Below are positions 1 to 9,017 of a DNA stretch of 62,011 bases, in pieces; the first letter of the stretch is position 1, and each line of letters starts with the position of its first letter. The notes below the pieces were generated by a model. The model was given only the letters and a program-made list of their open reading frames with translations, was not told where the DNA came from and made no database searches. This DNA is from a virus (lineage: Duplodnaviria > Caudoviricetes). The stretch covers positions 1 to 62,011 of the IMG/VR virus record IMGVR_UViG_3300037484_001167; one strand, given 5' to 3'. Both the position numbers and the translations under genes were made by a program.

Positions 1-127
1 GGGGACTTCTGTGTGGACGATGCATCGGACTCCTCATGTTCGGTCGGCTGCAACTAGCACAGGATCGATTCGCACAACTCCAGGAAGCCGCGACGCAAGC
101 GGATTCGAGAGCAGACAAGGCCGAGGC
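1..127. repeat. 127-bp exact direct repeat of 61310-61436 (circularity/assembly overlap)
   Basis: Base-by-base identity from GGGGACTTCTG to AAGGCCGAGGC with 61310-61436; first mismatch at 128 vs 61437. Confidence 0.95.
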
Positions 128-572
128 ACAGCTCGTGGAGGAACGAGCCGAGGTGCTCAATGTCTGCCACGACGCGGCTCTGATGATGGAATCGTGGGTC
201 AATGCGACAGCCGAGATGCACGCTCGCGAGTTGGCTGGCTACCGTGAGCGCGAGGCCGAGGTGGCGGAGGCACTCGACGCGCTTACCGATGCCGAGCAGT
301 ACCACAGCCGAGCCCGTGCGAAGGACAAGCCGCACGATCACGCGCTCCTGCGGAAGCTGCAGGCCACGATCAAAAGCCTCGCTGCCCCGCGGGACGCACC
401 GCAAGAGTCAGATACGAGGGCGCTTCGTGCTGCGCTTCTTGAAGAAGAGCAGAGCATTACCGAGTGGTTCAGGGGCTCTGCCAATGAGGGTCTGGTCAAG
501 CGCGTATGTACTGAAGAGCTGCATCGCGCCCTCGCCGCCGCGCAGCCCGCGAACCCGGAGGCGAAGCCATGA
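36..572 (+). CDS. Hypothetical coiled-coil protein, C-terminal part (N-terminus probably supplied by 61132-61309 across the circle junction)
   Basis: First ~34 aa identical to the middle of ORF 61132..61617; shares C-terminal ALAAAQPAxPExKP tail with two other ORFs. Confidence 0.7.
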   Translation: MFGRLQLAQDRFAQLQEAATQADSRADKAEAQLVEERAEVLNVCHDAALMMESWVNATAEMHARELAGYREREAEVAEALDALTDAEQYHSRARAKDKPHDHALLRKLQATIKSLAAPRDAPQESDTRALRAALLEEEQSITEWFRGSANEGLVKRVCTEELHRALAAAQPANPEAKP

Positions 573-729
573 GCGCACGACAGGCCGCATACGACATTGC
601 CGAGGGACTCGCCCGCATTCTCTCCTTCGCCGATGAGCCGACGAATCCCCGCTATGAAGAGGGTAAGGGAATGCTCGTCAACGGTATCGAAGAGGCACTG
701 GAGTTCCTCGCCGCGAGCCCGGAGGGGAA

Positions 730-1104
730 GTGATGAACGTTGCAGAGGCGGTGAAGGTCGTGCGCGAGCAGACGATTCCAGGACTTCGCGGCTCAGGAGG
801 CGACGGGCACGCTCAAGCACTCGAGACTGTACTTGCACACCTCGAGCGACTAAGTAAGCAGTACTGGCACCTCTGGATGCAGAAGCACCACGACTCTTGG
901 GAGGTGCGAGTTCAACTTCGAGACACGCCGACCGAGACTCTACCTGACGGAGAGCTTCCCACCGGTACGGTCCGTGTAATCGAGGTCGCTCGGTTCATCT
1001 CGAAGCGAGAGGTTGTCACTTCGCGCGGACCCGAAAACCCTATCGTGTCCACGCTCGAGCGCTCGCTCAACGAGATCGAGCTCGAGCGATTCAGAGGAGT
1101 ATAG
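730..1104 (+). CDS. Hypothetical protein
   Basis: GGAGG Shine-Dalgarno upstream; codon usage like neighbouring genes. Confidence 0.6.
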   Translation: MMNVAEAVKVVREQTIPGLRGSGGDGHAQALETVLAHLERLSKQYWHLWMQKHHDSWEVRVQLRDTPTETLPDGELPTGTVRVIEVARFISKREVVTSRGPENPIVSTLERSLNEIELERFRGV

Positions 1105-1445
1105 GCGAGTGAAAATCCCTCAAGCAACACCCTGCTCGAGTACGGGTTCTCTCTGCTGCTTCTGCAGTGAGCATTCGTACAAGCGGTGCACACTCTGCGG
1201 GCACCTCGTCTGCGAGGACCATGCGGGGCAGATCCTGCACTTCTGCGGAGAGTGTGTAAACGCTCTTTGCGAGTATAAGAGCAGGCCACGAACATGATCC
1301 ACCTAGACGACGATGAGTGGCGCGAGATCCAAGCCGACCTGGAGGACGAACGGGGGAGATCCGGATGGGGCTGCCTACTCATACCGGTCCTGTGCGTCTT
1401 GAGTTGGATCGCGGTCATAGCTACCATGGTAGTGCTGGTGCGCCG

Positions 1446-1937
1446 ATGATGGAGCGTCGGTCGTTCCTCAAGCTCCTCGGCATCGTGACGGGCGGATCGC
1501 TGCTCCTGCCAGAGTACCTGATCCGAGCCCCGACTGAGGGCGAACGCATCGTCGAGTACCTACGCGAGAAGTACGAGTCCGAGTTCTTCTTCGAGCTCGG
1601 AGGCGTCGACTTCGGTCCGTGGCTCAACATCGTTGAACCACCGACGCTCGACCAGCGGATGCTCGACGTAACGACGTTCGACGATCCGTTCGAGAAGTTC
1701 ATCCCGATCGGACCGCCTGAGGTTCGCCTGGGCTTCACGGGCGACGTTCCCGAGGACAAGCTCCAGGCGCTGCTCGAGATGAAGGACGTAGTCGAGTTCA
1801 GGCTCGGTCACCGGCCTTCGGGCTGGAGCTGGAGCGGCCAGTGCTTTCTCAAGCAGCTGGTCCGTCGCTCTTCGGACGATCAAGTAACCGCCGACATCGC
1901 AGTGACCGGCGGTCCAGTTACAGTGCACTGCGGTTAG
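1446..1937 (+). CDS. Twin-arginine signal protein with tail-tube-like domain
   Basis: MMERRSFLKLLGIVTGGSLLL = RRxFLK Tat motif plus hydrophobic stretch; LDVTTFDD..EKFIP and VTADIAVTG resemble the tail tube at 25298-25723. Confidence 0.6.
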   Translation: MMERRSFLKLLGIVTGGSLLLPEYLIRAPTEGERIVEYLREKYESEFFFELGGVDFGPWLNIVEPPTLDQRMLDVTTFDDPFEKFIPIGPPEVRLGFTGDVPEDKLQALLEMKDVVEFRLGHRPSGWSWSGQCFLKQLVRRSSDDQVTADIAVTGGPVTVHCG

Positions 1938-1947
1938 AAGGAGGGGT

Positions 1948-2940
1948 GTGATGATGAACAGACGCTCGTTCGGACGACGTCGTAGCGACCGGCTCAGGAT
2001 CGCCTGGGCGGTCGGTGCAACGGCGCTGCTGCTCGTGACGTACCAGCAGGCGTGCGGACGTGGGGGAGGATCGCCAACCTCACAGCCTGAAGAGGAGGCG
2101 CCGATCGTCGTCCCGACGACGGGCGTCGCCGATGCGGGTGTAGCCGATCCGCGCCTGGATGCGCAGGTCGAGGTCGACCCGAAGCTGACCGCCTACTTCG
2201 GACGCGAGGTCTGCTACGTGACGAACAGGCTCGGGCGCGACGTGCTGATCCGCTACCGAGTCTCGAAGGTGCTCGATCGGTCAGACCCTGCAAACTACGA
2301 GAAGCAGGAGCACCTGCTCGACGTCACGATGAACGTGCCCAACAACGTGGCCGACTTCCCGGTCACGACGAGGCTTCAGCTGTGTCGTGGCCTCTTCCAG
2401 TTCGACTGCGGGCGTACGGGCGGCGGGCTCCTCGCGTACAAGTTCCTCGAGTACGCGAACCCGTGTCCGACGCCGTCGCCCAGTCCAAGCCCGAGTCCAT
2501 CGCCCAGTCCAAGCCCGTCTCCTTCCCCGAGTCCGTCTCCGTCACCCTCGCCTTCCCCGAGTCCAAGTCCATCTCCATCTCCAACGCCGCCGCCCGGGTG
2601 CGACGACGTTCCCGCGACGAGCCAAGCGGGGCAGCTCTTCGAGCTTCCGAACTCGAGCGTCGCGACTGAAACCGCGTGGGTCAACGAGAACGTCGACCCC
2701 GGACCCTACACCTTCGTGACGAAGGACGAAGGCTTCGAGAGCAACTGCGTCTTCGCAACTCGCGACGCGAAGGTCCTACTGATCAAGGCTGCGACGAAGT
2801 ACACGTACCACCTCAACGTCGAGGACGGGCTCCAGTATTGCGCCGCGCAGTGCGGGATTCCTCTTGACTGCCCGGCCGGCGCGAACTGCGTTTGTCCTGA
2901 CGTGAGCCACGCTTCGTACTTTGACTGCCCCGAGTCGTAA
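1948..2940 (+). CDS. Exported/lipoprotein-like Cys-rich protein with Pro-Ser linker
   Basis: Basic N-terminus, hydrophobic segment ending QQAC, long (PS)n tract, Cys-rich C-terminus. Confidence 0.75.
   Translation: MMMNRRSFGRRRSDRLRIAWAVGATALLLVTYQQACGRGGGSPTSQPEEEAPIVVPTTGVADAGVADPRLDAQVEVDPKLTAYFGREVCYVTNRLGRDVLIRYRVSKVLDRSDPANYEKQEHLLDVTMNVPNNVADFPVTTRLQLCRGLFQFDCGRTGGGLLAYKFLEYANPCPTPSPSPSPSPSPSPSPSPSPSPSPSPSPSPSPSPSPSPTPPPGCDDVPATSQAGQLFELPNSSVATETAWVNENVDPGPYTFVTKDEGFESNCVFATRDAKVLLIKAATKYTYHLNVEDGLQYCAAQCGIPLDCPAGANCVCPDVSHASYFDCPES
2467..2595 (+). repeat. Coding Pro-Ser dipeptide repeat
   Basis: Degenerate CCN-AGT/TCN hexamer repeats encoding PTPSPSPS...PTPPP. Confidence 0.9.
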
Positions 2941-3196
2941 GGTCGCACCTCGTTCCGGCTCGCCTCCTTCCGGGCTCCCTCAGGAGGCGAGCCGCCTAGG
3001 AGGTACGACCGATGCGGATCAGGTTCCGGTTCCACAAAGGTAAGACCGTAATGGTCCTCGAGATGCACGTGCCTCGTCGGTTCAGCTTCCGACTCCACGA
3101 GATCGTGCCGCTCAACAAGAACGAGCTCTGGCATGTGATCGCCGTCGGCCACGAGGGCTTCGCTTCGACAATCGACGCCGTCGAGCTCGTCGACTG

Positions 3197-3583
3197 ATGC
3201 TCTGCGAGTGCGGAGCGCGCTTGTGGGTGGTCGACTCTCGACCGGTCGAGAACGGACGTGCGACCATGCGCTGGCGAGTCTGCCGGCGCTGCAAAGCCGT
3301 CTTCGTGACCGAGGAGCGGCGGGGCAGAGCTGAACCCGGATCAAGGAGGAGCGTGACGACATGCAGTACAGAATCGCAGAGCGGTTCAAGAGCATCCAAG
3401 GGGAAGGAGTCTGGGCAGGTACTCCCATGGCCTTCATCCGCTTCGTCGGGTGTTCAGTCGGGAAGAAGGTCTGCGCGAGTTGCGATACGGACTTCGACCG
3501 AGAGTACCCCTGGAAGGGCGGCGGAAGCTTCTCCTCGAACGAGCTCATCGCGTGGGCAGAGCCCTACAAGCACATCTGCTTGA
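3197..3583 (+). CDS. NrdR-like zinc-ribbon protein (3' part overlaps queE, true length uncertain)
   Basis: MLCECG..VVDSRP..RWRVCRRCKAVFVTEE matches the NrdR N-terminal Zn ribbon pattern; no ATP cone. Confidence 0.6.
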   Translation: MLCECGARLWVVDSRPVENGRATMRWRVCRRCKAVFVTEERRGRAEPGSRRSVTTCSTESQSGSRASKGKESGQVLPWPSSASSGVQSGRRSARVAIRTSTESTPGRAAEASPRTSSSRGQSPTSTSA

Positions 3584-4002
3584 CCGGGGGCGAGCCCCTC
3601 GACCAGAATCTCGCACCCCTTCTGGACTACTTGGATCTTGCACATGTAGCGGGGAGTGAACGACGAAAGATCGTTCACATCGAGACGTCGGGGACGAGAG
3701 CGCTCCCGATCGTAGGTCGCGCATGGATCTGCGTCAGCCCGAAGCCTGGCTTCCGCGAGGACGTGATCGCTGTCGCGGACGAAGTCAAGGTGATCGTTCC
3801 TGGGCTTGGCCCTGGCGAAGGGTGGCCGACGCTCGAAGACGCGCTCCGCTGGGCCCGGGCCGGAAGGGTGGTCTTCCTCCAGCCGAAGAACCAGCGGCTC
3901 GACCTCGACTCGGAAAACGTGAAGCTCTGCTTCGACCTCGTCTCGAGGTATCCAGAGCTACGCCTGTCGCTGCAGATGCACAAGGTCCTGAGGGTTCCGT
4001 GA
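3361..4002 (+). CDS. queE: 7-carboxy-7-deazaguanine synthase (radical SAM)
   Basis: ERFKSIQGEG, FIRFVGC..C..CDT, LTGGEP, IETSG, SPK, LSLQMHK motifs. Confidence 0.95.
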   Translation: MQYRIAERFKSIQGEGVWAGTPMAFIRFVGCSVGKKVCASCDTDFDREYPWKGGGSFSSNELIAWAEPYKHICLTGGEPLDQNLAPLLDYLDLAHVAGSERRKIVHIETSGTRALPIVGRAWICVSPKPGFREDVIAVADEVKVIVPGLGPGEGWPTLEDALRWARAGRVVFLQPKNQRLDLDSENVKLCFDLVSRYPELRLSLQMHKVLRVP

Positions 4003-4240
4003 ACCGACTAGCAGTACTGGAAGGTTGGGCGGAGGACCTACGACGGAGGTCAGCCGCGTCCGAAACCCTCGACGCAGTAGAAAGAGAGATCAGTCGGCTA
4101 ACGTCACGAGGCCGATCGCATCGGGTGCCGTCGAGAGCTAAGGCGAAGACCAGGGCGAGGCCGCCCCTCCGAATCTGGTGCCTTCGACACAAGGTGTTCC
4201 ACACCTTCAATGGACGCATGAAGTGCGGGAGGCGGTCGGT

Positions 4241-4483
4241 ATGAGCACCGAAGACAGTACCACTCACATCCGCTTCGAGAAGGCACCCGACGGGACATTC
4301 TCCGTCCGCCTAAGCGACTCCCTCGCAATCGAAGGATTCCCTTCCTTCGCCGACGCCGCCGTCTGGGTCCAGGAGTACCTCTTCCGGCTCATGACCACAG
4401 CGATCGCTGACGAGACGCGAAAGAAGATGCTCGGCGCTGCGATTCTTGCGGCGCTGCCAACAGGCAAGAAGAAGGAGGACTAG
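4241..4483 (+). CDS. Hypothetical protein
   Basis: GGAGG SD before ATG (MSTEDS...), abuts folE. Confidence 0.55.
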   Translation: MSTEDSTTHIRFEKAPDGTFSVRLSDSLAIEGFPSFADAAVWVQEYLFRLMTTAIADETRKKMLGAAILAALPTGKKKED

Positions 4484-4485
4484 GC

Positions 4486-5025
4486 GTGGACCTCAAGAAG
4501 ATGGAGAAGGGCGTTGCTCTACTCCTGCAAGGAATGGACTGTAGTCTCGACGACCCGAACTTCCGGGGAACGCCCAGGCGCGTCGCGAGGATGTTCAAGG
4601 AGCTGCTCACGCCCAGCGAAGCAAGCTGGGCAGCGTTCCCTGCGGAGCAATCGGACATGATCGTGCTGCGCGGGCACAGAGTCATCGCCGTGTGCCCACA
4701 CCACCTGCAGCCGGTCGACATCACCGCGTACGTCGCCTACATCCCCGGGGAGTATGTCGTCGGTCTGAGCAAGCTCGCGCGGGTCGTCGACGTCCAGCTG
4801 AACATGCCGACTCTCCAAGAGGACCTCGCACACGCGATCGCGGAGTCGCTCGACGCTCGGCTGAAGCCGAAGGGCGTCGCGGTGGTCCTCGCAGCGAAGC
4901 ACGGCTGCATGACGAACCGAGGAGTGAAGACGGACGGAGACGTGGTCACGAGCGTCATGAAGGGGGTCTTCCTTCTCAATCCTACAGTCCGCGCCGAGCT
5001 CTTCCAGCTCATAGGGAGGCCGTGA
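4486..5025 (+). CDS. folE: GTP cyclohydrolase I
   Basis: TPRRVARM, CPHHL, VGLSKLAR, QEDL, HGCMTNRGV motifs. Confidence 0.95.
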   Translation: MDLKKMEKGVALLLQGMDCSLDDPNFRGTPRRVARMFKELLTPSEASWAAFPAEQSDMIVLRGHRVIAVCPHHLQPVDITAYVAYIPGEYVVGLSKLARVVDVQLNMPTLQEDLAHAIAESLDARLKPKGVAVVLAAKHGCMTNRGVKTDGDVVTSVMKGVFLLNPTVRAELFQLIGRP

Positions 5026-5465
5026 TGTTCGATATGGCAAATATGTATGCCCTGATGGACGAGAACGATCGTATCTCCCGTGATCACGGTTGGACAGCGC
5101 AGGTCCCGGACGACCGCCCCGAGGTCTTCTCCGAGAAGATGTTGCTCGTCGTCTCCGAGATCACCGAAGCGCTCGAAGCGTGGAGAGACGGACACGCGCT
5201 CACGGAGGTCTGGGAGGCTACAGACAGTACGGCGAAGCGCGAAACCGGGTGTCCAGATCCTTCCTGCGACAAGACCTATCCTCATCTACACCCTGAAACC
5301 GTAGCGGTTCCGAAGCCCGAGGGCATCCCCATCGAGCTCGCGGATGCGGTGATTCGGATCATGGACTTCTGCGTCGCGAACAACATCGATCTTGTCCACG
5401 CGATCAACAGGAAGATGGAGTACAACAAGACGAGGACGTGGCGGCATGGAGGAAAACGCGCATGA
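5025..5465 (+). CDS. MazG-like nucleotide pyrophosphohydrolase
   Basis: LVVSEITEALEAWR ... KPEGIPIELADAVIRIMD ... KMEYNKTR..RHGGK. Confidence 0.85.
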   Translation: MFDMANMYALMDENDRISRDHGWTAQVPDDRPEVFSEKMLLVVSEITEALEAWRDGHALTEVWEATDSTAKRETGCPDPSCDKTYPHLHPETVAVPKPEGIPIELADAVIRIMDFCVANNIDLVHAINRKMEYNKTRTWRHGGKRA

Positions 5466-5833
5466 CCGCAGCGACATTCATCGCACATGTCCTCGCGCTC
5501 CATCTGTCCGTTCCTGAACCGGTCACGTTTGTGGCCGGCGGGAAGATGAACGGGTTCGAGTACGTGGACGTCGACTCCGACAAGCCTCTCATCGCAATGA
5601 TCGAGCGAGAGGGGCCCGGCTGGGTCCTTACTTACGACGCGGACGCGTGGGGGAAGGCGCGTCCTCAGGTACGGGCGTTCGTGCTTGCGCACGAGCTCTG
5701 TCACGCTGCGTATGACTACGAGCGCCCATGGAGTTCGTACACAAAGGGCGAGCGGAGGCGGAAGCACGCCCGTGTACGCACTTGCACAGTGCAGATCCTC
5801 CGGGCCCACGCGCGGTGCAAGGAGGGGCGGTGA
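5462..5833 (+). CDS. HExxH zinc metallopeptidase-like protein
   Basis: FVLAHELCH motif. Confidence 0.55.
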   Translation: MTAATFIAHVLALHLSVPEPVTFVAGGKMNGFEYVDVDSDKPLIAMIEREGPGWVLTYDADAWGKARPQVRAFVLAHELCHAAYDYERPWSSYTKGERRRKHARVRTCTVQILRAHARCKEGR

Positions 5834-6199
5834 CCGTCGAGCAACGCTTTGCGGAGCTCCGTCTTCAACGCAGGTGGACGATCGAAGCGTACGTCTCCTA
5901 CTTCGGTGTAACTCTCTTCATGGACGGCCATCGCATCCACGAGTATCAGGACACTCCTGCACTGGACGCCGCGATCAGGAATCTTGAAGAGGTTCTCGCC
6001 CGGTGAACAACCCTCTTGACGATCCTCGCCCAGTAACGGTTCCGATAGGGTGCCTCTACGCCCTGATCTGTGGCTCCGCCATCGCGAGTGGGACGTTCGA
6101 CGGAAGCGGGGATGCTCGAAAGACAGTCCTCATGTGTCTTTCCGTCTCGATTCCCGAAGCGAAGCAGGCGATGAGGAATGCCGGCTGGGAGGGAGGTTG

Positions 6200-8824
6200 G
6201 TGAGCGTCCTCGGTACATGCAAGACCTGCGACGCTCCGATTCAAGGAATCGCTGCAGATGGCTCTGCAGTTCCCTGCGGGCACGTCGTCGGTAGCATCAG
6301 CTTTTCTCTGAAAGAACCCGCACCTGCCCCGACCGACGACAATCCGTTCGGAAAACCAGAGAAGTGTCGACCCTGCCCGCTCTTCCTCGAGCCGGGAATC
6401 GTCCCGGCGAAGGGACCGCAGAACGCGAAGATCCTAGCACTTGGCGAAGCCCCTGGAGCTGACGAAGTCGACACACCCCACTTCCGGCCGGACCGTATGG
6501 GCCCGTTCCAGGGAGGGAGTGGTCGCGTCCTCACCGTTCTCTTCGCTCATGCAGGGATCAGGCGGTCCGACGTCCGCATTCGGAACGTCGTTCAGTGCAG
6601 GCCGCCCGGAAACCGAACTCCGACTCCCGACGAGATCGCATGCTGCTTCGACGCCTTCGTTCGTGAGGAGATAGAGGGCTCGCCCGCGAACGTCATCCTC
6701 GCCCTTGGAGACACGCCGCTTGGGCTCCTCACAGGACGGAAAGGCATCGGCCTCTACCGGGGGGTCCCCACTGCCGGATACAACGGTCGGAAGGTCTTCC
6801 CGACGTGGCATCCCGCCTTCATCATCCGCTCTCAACACCTCTGGGCGTTCGAGGTCCACGACCTGGCACGCGCGGCAGCTCAAAGCGCGTTCCCGGAGAT
6901 CCGTCGTGTACCGTTCACGATTGTCCGACAGGCTGACCCTGCTTCTACTTCAGGAGGTCTCCTCGACGCTGTACGAGCACGGGGCGCCTGTACCTTCGAC
7001 TTCGAGACCACTGGTCTCTCCGCAGTCCACGATCAGATTCGCATGTGCGGAATTGCCGGAGGGCCAGGTCAGGCTTACGTGTACGATTGGACCCCTCGTG
7101 CTCGCGCGGTCTTTGACTCGATTCTTGCAGATCCTCGCATCGAAGTCTGCGGTCAGAACATACTCTACTTCGACCTCCCGTTCGCGGAGGAGAAGGCGAA
7201 GGGTGCGAAGGAAGGGTTCTGGACCCACCCACAAGCAGTAGAAGACCTCTGGAAGCGCCGCATCTTCGATACGATGGTCGCGTTCCACCTCTGTAATTCG
7301 TCGTATGGACAGACGTCGATCGCCTCGCAGAACAAGGGGTCCTACCAAGGAGCACGTGGCGCAGAGAAAGACCTTGCCTTCATCGCGTCGAACCACACGG
7401 ATATGGAGTATTGGAAGGGGCGCGAGAACTACCGCGACGACATCTACACCGTCTGCGGGAAAGACGTCATCGCAACCGACCGCTCTGCGTATGATCCGCA
7501 GGACGGGCTGAAGGCCGAGCTCAAGCGTTACGACATGACGGATCTGTACTACAAGCATGTGCTCCCTGTACACCTGCCTCTGCACCGCATGCACCAACGG
7601 GGAATGCGCATCGACCAAGACCGAGCACAGTTCTGGGCGGTCGGGATGTCTGCAGTTGCGGACGAGCTTGAGGAGACGTTCAAGCAAGGAGTTGGAGACC
7701 CTTACTTGAACCTGGACTCGCCGAAGCAGCTGATGGAGGTGCTCTACGGCAAGCTCGGACTGCCAGTGCAATACCTCGTTGACAAGAAGAGAGGGATGAG
7801 GCCTACAGCCAACGCTGAGGCGCTCGAGGTGCTAGCAGCTCTCGCCCCCGAGAACGTGGGGCTTCAGACGCTTGTTGAGATTCGCCACCTACGGAAGATG
7901 GTCGCGACATACCTACGTGAGGGCCTCGAGAGCGGTTGGCTCCACCCGCTCTTCGGTGTGAGCAAGGCTGCGAATGGGAGATTCAACTCTCAGAACCCGA
8001 ATTCTCAAAACGTGCCCGAGGAGATGCGCGACATCTGGGTGCCTGACGATGATGAGCACGTCGTGCTCAGTGCTGATGCTTCGCAAATCGAGTGGCGCGT
8101 TGCGATGGTCCTCAGCGGAGATCCGGTCGGGCTCAAGCTCCTCGCAAGCGGCGTCGACAACCACCGCGCTGTCGCTGCAGAGGCATTCCAGAAGCCTCTC
8201 TCGGAAATCGACGACGCAACCCGCCACGGCGCGAAGTTCATCGTCTATGGTCTCGGGTATGGTCGAGGAGCGCAGAGCATCGCTGACGGTCACAAGCTGG
8301 ACATCGACTTCGTCCGGCTGTTCATCCGCAACTTCGCGAAGCGGTTCTCCACGTTCTGGGCGTGGCGAGAAGCGTTGCCGGACTTCGTGCTGAAGCACCA
8401 CTTCCTTGCGAACCCGTTCAAGAGGCGGCGTTGGTGGTACACTCGCGAGATTACAGAAATCTACAACTATCCCGCGAGCAGTACCGCCGCCGACATGATG
8501 ATCGATGAAGTCATCCAGCTCGAGGACCAGTTGCCACGTGAAGCGACGCTCCGTCTGACCGTGCACGACGAAGTCGTGATCGTTACTCCGAAGGACATCG
8601 TCAACGAAGTCGCACGCTGTGTCCGCGATGTGATGGAGCAGAAGTGGCCGCAGATCGTCGAGGCCTCAGCCTACCCGGAGACCGTCCGAGCATCATATCC
8701 CGGAGGATGGTATTGCCCGGTCGACGTGCACGTCGGTTCGAACTGGGGAATGACGAAGTCCAAGGACCCCGAGATGAAGAGGCGTCGGGCAGAGCTGGAG
8801 AAGCATCTCGGGTTCAAGAGCTGA
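6200..8824 (+). CDS. polA: Family A DNA polymerase with N-terminal family-4 uracil-DNA-glycosylase-like domain and 3'-5' exonuclease
   Basis: GEAPG, NVVQCRPPGNRTP, TWHPA (UDG4); DFETTG, FDTM (Exo); ADASQIEWR (motif A), RHGAKFIVYGLGYG (motif B), TVHDE (motif C); GTG start after GGAGG. Confidence 0.95.
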   Translation: MSVLGTCKTCDAPIQGIAADGSAVPCGHVVGSISFSLKEPAPAPTDDNPFGKPEKCRPCPLFLEPGIVPAKGPQNAKILALGEAPGADEVDTPHFRPDRMGPFQGGSGRVLTVLFAHAGIRRSDVRIRNVVQCRPPGNRTPTPDEIACCFDAFVREEIEGSPANVILALGDTPLGLLTGRKGIGLYRGVPTAGYNGRKVFPTWHPAFIIRSQHLWAFEVHDLARAAAQSAFPEIRRVPFTIVRQADPASTSGGLLDAVRARGACTFDFETTGLSAVHDQIRMCGIAGGPGQAYVYDWTPRARAVFDSILADPRIEVCGQNILYFDLPFAEEKAKGAKEGFWTHPQAVEDLWKRRIFDTMVAFHLCNSSYGQTSIASQNKGSYQGARGAEKDLAFIASNHTDMEYWKGRENYRDDIYTVCGKDVIATDRSAYDPQDGLKAELKRYDMTDLYYKHVLPVHLPLHRMHQRGMRIDQDRAQFWAVGMSAVADELEETFKQGVGDPYLNLDSPKQLMEVLYGKLGLPVQYLVDKKRGMRPTANAEALEVLAALAPENVGLQTLVEIRHLRKMVATYLREGLESGWLHPLFGVSKAANGRFNSQNPNSQNVPEEMRDIWVPDDDEHVVLSADASQIEWRVAMVLSGDPVGLKLLASGVDNHRAVAAEAFQKPLSEIDDATRHGAKFIVYGLGYGRGAQSIADGHKLDIDFVRLFIRNFAKRFSTFWAWREALPDFVLKHHFLANPFKRRRWWYTREITEIYNYPASSTAADMMIDEVIQLEDQLPREATLRLTVHDEVVIVTPKDIVNEVARCVRDVMEQKWPQIVEASAYPETVRASYPGGWYCPVDVHVGSNWGMTKSKDPEMKRRRAELEKHLGFKS

Positions 8825-9017
8825 AGAGGGAGAAAGGGATGATCCTCGAAGTCGGTATCCATACACGGGGGCTCCGCCTCCGTCTTATACTCCAATCTCA
8901 GGACGTGGACACCCACAGCCGCGTCTGTGACAACGCGGACTTCTTCGGGAGGCTGCTCGAGCAGCTGCAAGGCGTCGCGATCGAAGCCTTGAAGGAATTT
9001 CCAGTTGGAGGAGGACG

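Noticed and set aside
1-127. Biological direct terminal repeat
   Set aside because: The second copy is 575 bp inside the right end, lies mid-gene and has a k-mer-like length. An assembly overlap or paralogy is more likely.
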